Shown here piece after piece: positions 52,149 through 64,000 of a stretch of 64,000 nucleotides of DNA. Each line of letters begins with the position of its first letter. The first letter of the stretch is position 1. Both the position numbers and the translations under genes were made by a program. Under the pieces are notes generated by a model, which was not told the DNA's origin, made no database searches, and saw nothing but the letters and a program-made list of their open reading frames with translations. Origin of the DNA: Prorocentrum cordatum (Eukaryota). Where the stretch lies: assembly GCA_963575745.1 (NCBI GenBank), contig CAUYUJ010000001.1, forward strand, positions 1,054,001 through 1,118,000. Reading direction: 5' to 3'.

Positions 52149-52779
52149 CGCCTCCTGCCCTGGAAAGCGAGTCAGCAGAGCGCGCCGGCCCACCAAGTGG
52201 TGACTGACCTCTCGAGGCGCAGGAAGAGAGGGGGCGGAGGCAGGAAAAGAGGACGGCGACGTGGACGACGCAAGAGGGAGGGGGGTCTTGAGGGAGGGAG
52301 GGGCGGAAGCGGAGGAGGAAGCCGAGAGCACCTTGAGATCCCGGCGCCGCGATGTTCAAAACGACGGATCCCGCTCGAACAACGCAGCTGAAAGATCTGC
52401 ATCGCGATCGCGTTTCACTCGGCTCTTGATGCGAACGGCACTCGTGCGAGCTAACACCATGCTGAGTTGATTGCGTTCGTGGGGGGAAGAAAAAGAAACA
52501 TGGGTTCCAGAGCTCCTATCGTGATTTTTCGCGAGGCTGCATTTTTGTTCGCGACGTCGGATCTCAGGGCAGTAGGTGCGAGGAGAGCGGAACGACAAAG
52601 GGGCGAATCACGAGAGACAAGAACACACAGACGCAGATAATCGTCAATTCCAGGGAAAATATTGCAAAAATATTGAAAGTAGAGTGAAAGACGAACATAG
52701 AGAAAAAATGGAAGAATATCGAGAATCCTGGGATTTGTGTCTAATTGATTGTAAGTGTCCCTGGGCCCCTTCAGCGAAG

Positions 52780-52914
52780 GAGAGATGGGATGACCCCCAG
52801 GTGCTCCTCAGCCTCCTCACCCGCCGCGCCCTCTGCCTCCCGCCTGTCCCCCCGAACCACACCCATCCGCGCCCGAGCCTTGCGGTCCAATGGCTGCCCC
52901 AAGCGCGCTCTTAG
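52780..52914 (+). CDS. ArfGAP-PDZ probable exon 11 (ERWDDPQVLLSLLTRR...), PDZ last strand
   Basis: AAG|G acceptor, phase 0; 3' end uncertain (frame open to 52914). Confidence 0.45.
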   Translation, partial: ERWDDPQVLLSLLTRRALCLPPVPPNHTHPRPSLAVQWLPQARS

Positions 52915-53112
52915 TCCCGCTGCCGGCGGCACTGGCCGTCCCGTCGGAGCTCGCGCAGGCCTCCGCGGAGGGCATGTTCGGCAGTGCGTCCGATAGTGGA
53001 GCCGCGCCGCGCGCCGCCGCCGCCCTCGTGGCTGGCGTGAGGAGCTGCGCGAGGGCGCAGCAGTGGGCGGCGGCCATGGAGCTGCTGCGGAGCGCGTCGG
53101 CGGCGCCAGCGG
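52890..53112 (+). CDS. Probable first exon of a PPR gene
   Basis: MAAPSALL... ending in the PPR-like helix pair AGVRSCARAQQWAAAMELLRS; splice phase to the next block unresolved. Confidence 0.5.
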
Positions 53113-53128
53113 CTTAGCTGCCCTCATG

Positions 53129-53298
53129 CCCAGGGGAGGAAAAGGTAAGGATACCGCTACCCGTCCCTCGTGTTCCTTGTTTGGGGCCTCATGGGAGGCC
53201 CTCGTCGCCACGGCCGGATTCGCCTCCAAATCCTGGTCCGAGCGCATCCCCGGGAAAGGTCCAGGAAGCAGCGGCATCGGTACTTGTTGGTTTCCCCT
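53129..53298. mobile_element. ~170-bp dispersed element; copies 31680-31844, 45311-45450, partial 47460-47535
   Basis: caggggagga ... gcatccc..g(a)ggtcc.ggaagcagcggcatcggtac ... cccc. Confidence 0.7.
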
Positions 53299-54539
53299 GC
53301 TGCGCTCGCGCTAAAATCAGGCCGTGCGAAAGGGCGGGAGGATAGGGAAAAGGGGGGTTACGAAATCTGCTGCATGCAGCTGGCTTCCGCCCCGCCGCGG
53401 GGCCCATTCCTCGATACATGGGCCCCTCCTTGCGTCAATGGGCGCCAAGAAAGCCAGCTACGTGAGCTGATTCTCTACCCTGCCCTTTGCTATCCCTTAG
53501 CTGCCCTGATACGCCCGTTTTGAAACGCAACATGTGCCGTGTTCAAAACGTCAGTGTCAGCACGCTTCGTTGGCTCTTGGCTCCACGTGTTGGCCCACGT
53601 CTTGTCGAACGTATCGCGTCATACCTACGTTGTCAGTCTACGTGTTGAGCTCCGTGTAAATACGCTACGTGTAGCGTGTTGCGGATCGGGGCAGCTGAGA
53701 TCCTACCCTTTCGTCCCCCCGATGACACGCGGCACGTGCCGTGCTCAAAGCGCCTGGGTGGAGCTGCGTCTTCTTTTTTTGTGTGTCTTGACCCGGCGGC
53801 GTCGACCGCGCGGCGCGGTCGGAACCTGGGCGGGGCCGCTGCACGGCGAGTTTACACGGAAGCGTGGGAAGCGAGCGGAGAACGCGCCCGCGGAAGGGTA
53901 CGATCGGCACGAGCTGTAAGATCGAGGTCGTTACGAGGAGGGCACCCTGCTTGTTCTTCGAGTTTCTTGGATGTTCTTGTGCATCCTGGGGGAGGGTACC
54001 CTCGAGCGGTCTTATGGTTTGGGGTGTTTGGGCCAGCGGAGAGCCTCATGTTCTTGAAGGATGTGCTTGTGTCCTAGGTCCGGCCGTACGGCAGGTTCAT
54101 GCGGCGATTGCGCGCCAGCGACGCCAGCGAAGGCGTGTCAGCGTGACCTCCGCATGATAGAACGGCGCGGAAGCACCGAGGGATACGGTAACGCCACTGG
54201 ATCCGACGGAATTCAACCTCGAACGATCAGGGCCGCGATCGAGTCAAGGCTGAACGATCGAAGCGGTGTCAAAAGTTTGCGCAGGAGGGGAGGGGCCGAA
54301 GCCGCCCGAATTTACCGCAGGAGGGGAGGGGCGGCGCGCTCGGACCAGGAAGATTTCGCGGGCGGAGCTGCGGCCTCGGGCTCCGGGGCAGGAGGTCCGG
54401 GCTGCACACGCGGCACGTCGGCTCAGCTCGCGTTGGCCTACGTGCTGGCGAGCGCACCGCGCCAGGCCCGCGTATTCATTCTGCGTTCCGTCTCGGCACG
54501 CTCCGTGCGGCGTGCTGCGTGCCGGGGCAGCTGAGGCGA

Positions 54540-55340
54540 GCAGGGGTCCCGACTTCGCTGTACAACGTCGGCCTGAACACCTGCGGGAGGTGCAAGCAGT
54601 GGCAGCAGGTGGTGTCCCTGCTCACGGAGATGTCGCGACGGAGTGCGGAACTGGACGCCGTCAGCTACACCTGTGCGATCTCCGCGTGCGGGAAGGGCGG
54701 GGAGTGGCAGCGGGCCCTGTCGCTGCTTGTGGAGATGTTGGTGCAGGGGCTGGAGCCCGACGTGTTCAGCTACAGTGGCTTGATCAGCGCGTGCGAGAGG
54801 GGCACGGAGTGGCGACTTGCAGTCTCGCTGCTCAGGGGAATGCGGTTACAGAAGGTAGTGCCAAGCACTGTCAGCTATAACAGTGCAATCAGCGCATGCG
54901 GAAAAGGCAGAGAGTGGCAGCAGGCCCTGTCGCTGCTCAGGGAAATATGGCAACAGAAGGAGGAGCCAGACGCCATCAGCTACAACGGCGCGATCAGCGC
55001 GTGTGAGAAGGGCGGGCGGTGGCAACAGGCGCTTTCACTGCTCAGGGAAATGAGGCAACATGAGACAGAGCCTGGTACCATCAGCTACAACGCTGGGACC
55101 AGCGCGTGCGAAAAAGCCGGAAAGTGGCAGCAAGCTCTGTCGCTGCTCGGCGAGATGTGGGAGGCGAAGGTGGAGCCAGACGTCATCAGCTATTGTGCTG
55201 GAATCAGCGCGTGCGAGAAGGGAGAGCGGTGGCAGTGGGCCTTGTCGCTGCACGCAGAGATGATGGAGGTGAAGTTGGAGCATAGCGTCATCATCTCCAC
55301 AACGCAGGGCCCAGTGCGCGCGAAGAGGGCCTGGGGCTAG
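54540..55340 (+). CDS. Pentatricopeptide-repeat (PPR) protein, 7 intronless 35-aa repeats, 8th frameshifted
   Basis: SYNxAISACEKGxxWQQALSLLxEMxxxxxEPDV repeats. Confidence 0.92.
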   Translation, partial: AGVPTSLYNVGLNTCGRCKQWQQVVSLLTEMSRRSAELDAVSYTCAISACGKGGEWQRALSLLVEMLVQGLEPDVFSYSGLISACERGTEWRLAVSLLRGMRLQKVVPSTVSYNSAISACGKGREWQQALSLLREIWQQKEEPDAISYNGAISACEKGGRWQQALSLLREMRQHETEPGTISYNAGTSACEKAGKWQQALSLLGEMWEAKVEPDVISYCAGISACEKGERWQWALSLHAEMMEVKLEHSVIISTTQGPVRAKRAWG

Positions 55341-55719
55341 TCTCTGGGGAGGACGCCCTAGTGGCTCAGGGGCAATCCTGAACACCCCTGAAGTCGAAGA
55401 ACAGCATTGCATAGACATAATCTTGCGGAGGTCCGCGCGGGGCTCAGACAGTTTACGTTCATGCTGTTCTTGCTCCTCTGAAGAGAGCCCCTCGGCGCTC
55501 GCGAGAAGTTCCCGGACGGCCCAGCTGAGCTCTCGGAGGGTCCACGACGGGCGGGCATTTTTCCCAGGACGACCCTGGACACCCCAGCATGGCGCCACGT
55601 CGCCCGAAGAGTCTCCAGGATGGTTCCGTGCGGGACCCCCGAGAGCTCAAGTGCACCCTTGGCGGCAAAGGCCGCAAACAACTGTTGCCGGGTGGTTCAG
55701 GAGAACACTTTATAGCTTT

Positions 55720-55805
55720 GCATATACGCGTATATATATATATATATATATGTGTATGTCTATATATAAATACATGTATGTGTATATATATATACAAATA
55801 TGAAT
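55720..55805. repeat. (TA)-rich microsatellite; another at 56055-56155
   Basis: Direct reading. Confidence 0.85.
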
Positions 55806-58404
55806 ACGGGTGTACTAAACGTGCGAGGCCAAGCTACACGGCACTAGGCCATACGATACCATACTGGACCGTCGCACATGCTCATGATGCGCATAAGCTG
55901 TATTGCGGGAGGCCCTACGGGAGACCAGAAATCACGAACGACGACCAGAGAACAGGAGCCACGACCAGAGACCACGAGCCACCGAGCTCGGTTCGCACCG
56001 GGCACCCTCCCGCCTCAGAAACCATCAAACATAGAGGACCCTTCGGAACCATCGTATGCAAATATGTATTTGTACATATATACATATATATCTAGGTATG
56101 CAGATGTATGTGTATATAGATAGGTAGATAGATGGATAGAGAGATAGATAGATCGATCAATAAGGGGACGAGGCCTCGGAGCCCGCCCCAGGGACCTCCG
56201 CAACCCATGGGGGGACCCGGGGCTCCCAGACCGCCCCCCGATCGCTTCCAGGCGCGCTCCTGGCCAGGAAGACGGCTCCAAATCGCTCCCAGTACCGGCT
56301 CCTGGCCAGAAGGTCGGCTCTAACTCGCTCCCAGTACGGCCACCAGATCCTCCCAGAGGTTTCCAAGACTCCCAAGAAGCCTCCGAGAGCACTCCCGAGA
56401 AAGCCCCAAGAGGCCAAAACCGTCCAATCCCTCAAGGAATACGCACACTTTAATCTACGACTCTTCGGCTTCCACGGCATTCCAGAGAGCCCAAGAGGCC
56501 TCCGAGACCGCTCAAAGACCGCTCCCACGGCCCCCAAGAGAGCCCCAAGACGACCCAAGATGGCTCCGAGACGGCTCCGGAGTCGCCCCAGAACTCCCAA
56601 GGCAGCAGCAAGACAGCCCCAAGAGAGTTTCAATAAACCCGAAGAGGCCCCCAAGAGGCCTCAAGACAATCGTGCGAACCCAACGGCAACACAAAATCCT
56701 GGACTACACCTCTGGAGCGGACATCCTCGACTGTGGTGCTCCGAGGCTCTTGCTTTCTTTTCCCGCTGGCCTGGTCTCGCCGCAGATTCTTGCCTTCACG
56801 CGAGCTTCTCGGCCGCCGCTCGGGGATTCGTTCTCCCTCTCCGGATCTGGGGGCGAGCGCGTGCCCGTCGTGCGGCGTGCGACAAGACCTCCCAGCTCAG
56901 CGCGTGGTAACCTCTGCGGAGGCATGTTCCGGAGCGCCGTTCCCGGAAGATGCCGCGCAGCTTGATGGATCAGGGTGCCTGAGGTTCCGGCTACGCATCC
57001 ACCAAATATGCCAGACGCTTCGCGTAACCACTCCAGCCCATCCAGAAACGACGCCGAGACGAGTTGCCCTGATCAGGGATGTGGAGGAGCACGAAGTGGA
57101 ATAAAGGGCTGGGTAAGGCGTCGAACCCCAAGAGGGGAAGGATGGAGGAGAAATCGGGACAACAGGAGGAGAAGGAGGAGGAGGAGGAGTGGGGAGGGGG
57201 GGGAGGAGGAAGGAGGAGGAATAGGCGGATGAGGAAGAGAAAGAGGAAGAGGAAGAGGAAGAGGAGGAGCAGGAGGAGGAGGAGGAGGAGGGCGAGCAGA
57301 AAAGCCAGCAGCCTGTCGGATGCCTCTCGGAGTCTCTTCGGAGTTCTTCCGTGAGTCTCTTGGAGTCCTCTTGGGGCGTCTTGAGGTTATCTTGGCAGTC
57401 CAAGGGGCATGTTGGGACGCCTTAGGTGCCTTTGGGGAGCTTCTTGGCCGCTTGGGGACCTCTTGGAAGTCTCTTGGGGGCAGCGTGGGGGGCCCTCGGG
57501 GGCCTCTTGGGGCCTCCTGGGCGCCTCTCGGAGCTGCCTTGAGGCACCTTTGGGAGCCACGGGGGCCATCTTGGAGGAGATCGGTCAAAGGAGGGGCCGT
57601 AGTACGTTAGGCTCCTCCCCAGAAGGCCAAAATGTGGTTTGGGAGCATCTTGGGGGCATTGAGGAGGCCTCCTGGGCGCCTCTTGGAGCCGCCTTGGGGC
57701 ACCCTTGGGAGCCTCGGGGGCCATCTTGGGGCTACCTTGGTGGAGATCGATCAAAGAAGGAAAGTTCCTCAATCACGCCCCCCCTCCAAAAGGAGCCAGA
57801 ATCTGAGTAAAATCCGTGAGCTTGGCCTTCTCACCGAGGCCTCCTAGGGCGTCTTGGGTGCCTCTGGGTAAACTCTTGGGGCCTCTTTGGGGTCTCTTTG
57901 GGGCCTTTCGGGAGCATCTTGGGGGCCTCTAGGGGCCTCTGGGGCGTGGGGGCATCTTGGAGCCGTCTTGGGGCACCCTTGGAACTCTCGGGGGCATCTT
58001 GGGGCCATCTTGGAGGAGATGGATCGAAGGAGGGGCCGTAGTACATGTGGGTCCACTCCCCAGGAGGCCAAAATGTGGCCAAAATGTTGCTCTCAAGTCA
58101 GTGGCGTTGGCCTTCTCGCCGAGGCCATCTTGGACGCTCGAACGCCTCGCGACTTCCAGGACCAGGTTAGAGGGAGGGGTCAAGACACCCTCCCCGCCCG
58201 CAAACTGTCTCGCTCACCCTCACCCGCCCTCCTAGCACATCAGTAGCACCCAGGCCTCGTTTTGAAGAGACAGCCCCCCGCGTCCTCCCGCCTCCCTCCT
58301 TCCTCCTCCCCCTCTTCTCTCCCATCATCATCGCTATCGACATCACCATCATCCTCATCATCACCACCATCATCATCAGCATCATCATCCATGCGTCTCT
58401 AGCG

Positions 58405-59030
58405 CTCAGTACAGCGCTTCGTGGCCCCATAGGGAGCTCCACCGAAGGTCCCAGTGGCGGAACTCGCATGCGGTTCCCGCGTCCAGTACGGCGTTTCGTG
58501 GCCCCATAGGGAGCCCCACCGAAGGTCCGAGTGGCGAAACTCGCATACGGTTCCTGCGCCGCGCACAGCGCTTCGTGGCCCCATGGGGAGCTCCGCCGAA
58601 GGTTCTAGTGGCGGAACTCGCATGCAGCTCTTGCGCCCAGTGCAGCGCTTCGTGGCCCCATGGGGAGTTCCATTGAAGGTCGCTCCCGGTGGCGGAACCC
58701 GCACGCGATTCCTGCGCCCATTGCGGTGTTTCGTGGCCACATAGGGATCTCCACCGAAGTCCCAGCGGCGGAACTCGCATGCGGTTCCTGCGCCCAGTGC
58801 AGCGCTTCGTGGCCTCACAGGGAGCTCAACCGAAGGTTCCAGTGGCGGAGCGGATTTCGCATCCGGTTCCCGCGCCGCGCACAGCGCTTCGTGGCCCCAT
58901 AGGGAGCTCCCCCAAACGTCCCAGCGGCGGAATTCGCGCCCAGTGCAGCGCTTCGTGGTCCCATAGGGAGCTCCACCGAATGGCCCAGTGGCGGAACTCG
59001 CATGCGGTTCCCGCGCCCAGAACAGCATTT
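58405..59030. repeat. Tandem satellite, ~77-bp unit, ~8 copies
   Basis: ttcgtgg anchors at 58418, 58495, 58572, 58649, 58730, 58806, 58888, 58952. Confidence 0.92.
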
Positions 59031-59061
59031 CTTCGCGGCCCCCTCGGCCGACATCGCCCAG

Positions 59062-59346
59062 GCGTGACCCTGAACTGCGGCCGCCACGACGTCGGGAACG
59101 GCAAGAAGGAGGACGACGATTGGTGGCTGGAGCTCTACACGCTGCTCCTCGCGCGCCACGCGCCACGAGGACAACCCGCTCATGCGGGCGCCGCGCATCG
59201 AGTTCTTCCTGGCAGGGCCGCCGGAGAGCTCGCGGAAGCAACTGGGGCAGTTTGCTGCATTTGCTGCGCGCACGAAGCGGCGCAGGAGGGAGGCGACGGC
59301 CACAGCCAGGGAGCTGGGCGTCACCGAGTTTATCCACGAAGCTTGA
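59062..59346 (+). pseudogene. Terminal-exon-like coding segment of an unknown protein, interrupted by a 7-bp duplication
   Basis: CAG|G acceptor; removing one cgccacg gives an open, GC3-rich frame to TGA. Confidence 0.5.
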
Positions 59347-62300
59347 CCCGAGGAGCAGCCCGCCCCAACCGCGCCTTGCCTCGACTGTCACTCATTGGGG
59401 CGACCACCGCGCGTCGCGGGAACTCCGCGCCGCGCTATGCCCAGCGCCTCGCACGCCCGTCGTCGCTGTGCCCAGCGGCTAGAGCCTGGCCCGCTGTCAG
59501 CCAGCCAGGTAGCTCCTTTGCTCCGCGCAGCGGACGACCGGCACGCGTCGCGGGGGCCCCACGCCGCGGCGCGCCCGCGGCCTTGGGCTTTGGAGCGCGC
59601 GGGCACAAAGGGAGAAAAAGAAGGGACGGACAATTTTGGACGGTCTAGCTCTTCTCGCTACGCCCTAACGATCAAATCACGGACAAAGGGGGCCACGCCG
59701 AAGGCCATGCAGGGGGCTTCAGCGAAGGCCCCAGCGGCAGCGCCCGCGCGCGGGCGCCGTTCCACGCTGGCACACCCGCCACGCGGTTCGCCTTCCCATA
59801 AGGTTTCCACCGACGACGATATTCCCAGATGCGGTACTCGCAGCTGCACACGGTTGGGTCCTTCGCCAGGCTAAGTTCGCAGCAGTGATGACAGGGGCGT
59901 TGGTTTTGGTCGGCTGCCAGTCGCCCGGGGGAGGGTGCGCGCGCATGATGAGGAACGCGGTGGAGAAGAAGTGGGGTTGGAAGAGGAAGCGTTCTAAACC
60001 ATTCACGCCCTGAAGGGCTCGGGGATTCCAGCCCGAATGGCTGGCGGGAGGATTGGAAGGTCTTTGCAGGGTATTGCAGGGGCGGTTTGCGGGCTATCGC
60101 AGACCATTGCAGGGGTTTGGTTTGCAGGCGATTGGTAGGGTATTGCAGAGCCGTGTTGCAGGGCAGTGCGGGTATTTGCAAGGCCGTGGAATCGTGTTTG
60201 CTGAGGGGCCTCGCAGGGCAGCGCATGGGATGGGGCGAGGCCCAGGGAATCGGGTATGCAGAGGGGTTTTGTTAAAAAGATACCAGAGAGAACGCCCTAG
60301 ACCACCGCCGCCCAGAGGGCTGGTGGGATTCCGCCCGGGGCTCTCAGTCCACCTTTCTGCGGGTGGGCGTTCAGTGGTGAAGGTTCTCTTGGGATCGCGC
60401 CCGGGGCCCGCACCCAGGCCACGACGGTGACATAAGAGCACGGGTTCGGCCTCTCGCACACACTCCATTCCGAGGTCCCCATCCCAGCTCCTCCACTTCC
60501 ATCGACCCCCCATCCTTCTCCTCGCTCTCGCTCATCGCACCCCGTCCAGCCGCACCTCCTCGCCTCCTGCCGCTCGACGGTGACAACGACGACGACGGAG
60601 ACGAAACCCACGACATCGACCACAACGAAGCCCACGCCGACGACCGCTGAGTCCACTAGCACGACGTCCGCACCGCGACGATCACGACCGACGACGACGA
60701 CGACGACGACGACGAGGCTGATTACGACGACAGCGACGACGACGACGACAACGGGGCGGGCGACGACGCCCACGAGCCCACACGGCCGCATGCGGGATAA
60801 TGCGCGCCGCGCGACGCTGGAAAACAGACCCGCCCCGCTGCGGCTGTTGCCGCCCAACGGAGGAGGGAGCAGAGGGAGAACGGAGAAGGGGGGGAGGGGG
60901 AGAGGACACAGTGGAGCAGGGAAAAGGACCACGGAAGAACGAAGAAGACCGAGGAGGGAAGAGGAAGCCGGACATTGCAAAGGACAGCAGCGAGAGGGAC
61001 GGACATCATTGCGACGGAAAATGGCAGAACAGCTTTTGTTTCCACAACGTCGCACTGGAAGCATCGGCCCCGTCCCCGGGACGGGTGCGCAATCCCCAGC
61101 CGCTATCTGACGGCGCTCGAGCCCGGCAACGGCCCCCTCAGGCCCTTCGAAGTTGGCCTCACGGCCCTCTCGAGCCCCTTGGCGGCAGGCAGACCTCAGG
61201 AGGGCAAAAAACACACAGACACAATAAATCGTCGATTCCCAGGAAAATATGGAAAATATGGGAAGTGGGGGGGAGACAGCCATTCACCGAACGCGTTCCG
61301 CTACTCGCAAAGTGCCTACTCGCAAACGTCCGAAACAAGAACAGACTTCCAAAATGGAATGGATCGCAAATCCACCGCGGCGGATCCAAGCCATTTGCGA
61401 GTAGTTACTTTGCGAGTTTGTCTAGCCATTCACAATCGGCGCCAGAGCTCGAGGCAAGGAGAGTGAGAGGGAAGATGCAGGGAGGGAGGGGGGCGAAGGC
61501 AAGGAGAGCGCGAGGCATAGGAGCGGAGAGGGACGGGGAGCGCGAAGAGGAGGGAGGGAGGGGGGGGGGAAGACACAAACGTTGGCAACTCGACCTCGAA
61601 CCTCTGCGGGCCTTACTGTCCTCCATCGCCGTGGAGCCCCGTGGTCCGTGAGGCCAGCGAGGGCGACGGAAGCAGTGGAAGTCTTGGTCGTGGCCACGCC
61701 GGTCTTGAGAGCGGCAGCGGTAGCGAGAGAGACGGCTGTAGCGGAGGCAGCCGCGGCTCCCGTGTATACATGAGCAGATATGCTCAGATGTACACAACCA
61801 GTCTGAAAGCTTCTATTCGAAATTGCTCAGAGACCCAAGGAGCCCCCCACCGCCCCCAGGAATACCCGAGGAGCCCGCAAGATAGCCAAAAGACGCCCCC
61901 CCGGACCCTCCCAGACGACCCCCTGGCCCCCAAGAGAGCCCCGCCAGGCGCAGGGGTTCTCTTCGATTGCTTCAAGACGCCCCAAAAGAGAGCCCAAGGA
62001 GAGTTCAAGAAGGCCCCAGAACAGCCGCGAACTGAGTTTCCTCAGCGCTTCCAGGCAGGATGCGCCAGCGATCGCTAAGATGGCCTCCTGATGGCTCAGA
62101 TGCGGCCCAAATCCGCCCAAGATGGCTCCAACGTCCCCCGAATCGAGGCCCCCTGGTGTCGCGGGACGGCCCCGAGACGTGGAATGTGGAATCCGAGCTT
62201 GACGTCATCAGTAACGCCTTTCGGCAGCATCGCCACCACCACCTTTCACGTCGGAGAAATCTCGCGGGCTGGAGTCGACTGGCCACCCCCAGTTTTGCAC

Positions 62301-63583
62301 AGCTGGCACGAGGGTGAAGAGCAACCCCGGTTTGAGATGGGCGCCTTTATGCTCTTCGTGCGCTGGCCTTCCTCCCACTCGTGCTGGGAATCCCCATGGG
62401 CCGTGGACTCTCGTCGAGGGGGCTCGCGTTCGTGACCCACGTTCTCGTGGGCTGTGCTTCGCTCGACTGAGCGCGCGCCCTCGAGAGCACCGGCAGTGGC
62501 AGAGGCCGCCAAGGCCTTGGGCCTTGGAGCAGCGGTTCCGGTCGGCCGAGTGGGCTTCCAGGAGGCGCCCAGCGGTCCCGGCAGCCCTTATCTGCCACGC
62601 GCAGAGGGGGGAGGGGGGAGGGGGGGGAGGGCTTCTTAGAAGCACCCCTGCCTCTTAGAAGGCGCGGGCCCTCTCTATAGATGTCAGGCCAGCGCCTTCT
62701 AAGAAGCAGCCTCCTTCTGAGAAGCCCTCCCCCCTCCCTCCTCCCCCTGGTGCGCACCGCCAACTCGAGACGCACCTGGACGCCCCGACCTGGCCCCCCC
62801 AGCGGCCCCGAGAGGCACCGAGGCAGCACCAGACGGCGTTCGGAGGGCAGGCAACGTCAAGGTCATCTGTTGTTGCATGTGTTCTTCCGTTTATTACACT
62901 TCGCAGTTCTCGGATTCCGGGAGGCTCGGGCCTCGACGCGGGGGTCTCCAAGAAAACCCAGGACGCCCACCAGAGTCTCCAGGAGCGCCCAACACGTCGC
63001 CCAAATTGCCCACCAAGTGGCCCTGGCGGGCCTCCAAGGCTGCTTCCAGACGGCTCCAAGGCGGCCCAGACTGCCCCAAGACAGCTACCAGATTGCCCAA
63101 GCAACCCTACGAGCTCACAAGAGCCCAAACATAGCCCCGAGACGCGCCAAAGAGGGCACCACGAGAGCCCAAGACGGTCCCGAAAGGCCCAATGAAGCGC
63201 GGGCCGAGGCGGCACCCCGACTATCCGAGAGCGCCCCACCCAGATAAGGCAAGGCGCACGACGCCCCAGGGCGACCCAGGATGCTCCAAGATCCACGATC
63301 AGCCAGCAACCAACGAGAAGCAGACAGCATCAGCAGCAAGCATCCGCAGCAAGCAGCAGCAACACGTGGTCGACGGCCGCCTGCAGTTCCACACGGTCTG
63401 CGAGGCCTTGCAGCATGCCTCAGGGATCTCGTGGGACCCCAGGACGCACCCTCACCCAGCTAAGGCCGCCCCGAGAGAGACCACAAGGCTCCCCAACAGG
63501 ATCGGCGCGCTATCGTCTGGCCGATCCGTGCGACATGCTGGATGCGTAAGGTGCTTGCAGATCTGCCCCTCGGGCACGTGCTA

Positions 63584-63900
63584 GTCAGCTACAGCGCCGG
63601 GATCAGCGCGTGCGAGAAAGGCGGGCAATGGCAGCGGGCCCTGGCCCTGCTCCGCAAGATGCGAGGAGAGCAGCTGGAGCCCACTACGATCAGCTACAAC
63701 AGTGGGATCAGCGCGTGCGAAAAGGGCAAGCGCTGGCAGCAGGCTTCGGAGCTGCTTGGCGAGATGCGGAATGCGGAATTGGAGCCCGCCGTCCGCAGTT
63801 ACAGCGCCTGTGTGAGCGCATGCACGAAAGGCAGGCAGTGGCAGCTGGCACTGTCGATGTTTAGGGAGATGTGGGATGCAAAATTGGAGCCAGACGCAAC
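63584..63900 (+). CDS. PPR block, 3 repeats; frame stays open to the window end
   Basis: VSYSAGISACEKGGQWQRALALLRKMRGEQLEPTT ISYNSGISACEKGKRWQQASELLGEM...; missed by the ORF track. Confidence 0.88.
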
Positions 63901-64000
63901 ATATGATCCAGGGCTCCGCCGCCCCCCCAATGCTAATGGGATCGCCAGCCCTGTGAGCCTCGCAAAGGCCTCGCGCATGGTATCGCGTGGCCTTGCGGGC

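Noticed and set aside
58405..59030. CRISPR-like periodic array
   Set aside because: The whole unit repeats, there are no unique spacers or cas genes, and the context is eukaryotic
63900..64000. NANGIASPVSLAK, resembling a serine hydrolase/beta-lactamase-family motif
   Set aside because: Too short, truncated by the window edge, and no other motifs seen

Overview
GC-rich, repeat-saturated eukaryotic DNA. It is most likely a dinoflagellate nuclear genome (Prorocentrum-like; inference from GC/GA intron donors, AG|G acceptors, a relict spliced leader and PPR arrays). Nearly all long ORFs in the supplied track are microsatellite or GC artefacts; the real genes are chains of tiny exons. By hand I assembled an 11-exon + strand ArfGAP-PDZ gene (~381-52.9k). 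A separate, near-complete multi-exon MFS transporter gene (18899-33931) lies on the same strand inside its 18.6-kb intron. PPR coding blocks (52.9-55.3k, 63.6k) and an orphan frameshifted exon (59.1-59.3k) follow. The introns hold a decayed DIRS/PAT-like retrotransposon with an extra membrane-protein ORF, a LINE RNase H fragment, a ~4-kb and a ~1.5-kb foldback structure, many microsatellites and several MITE families. Some short introns consist almost entirely of one MITE copy (introner-like). A 77-bp satellite lies downstream. All exon models are manual and untested by RNA data.
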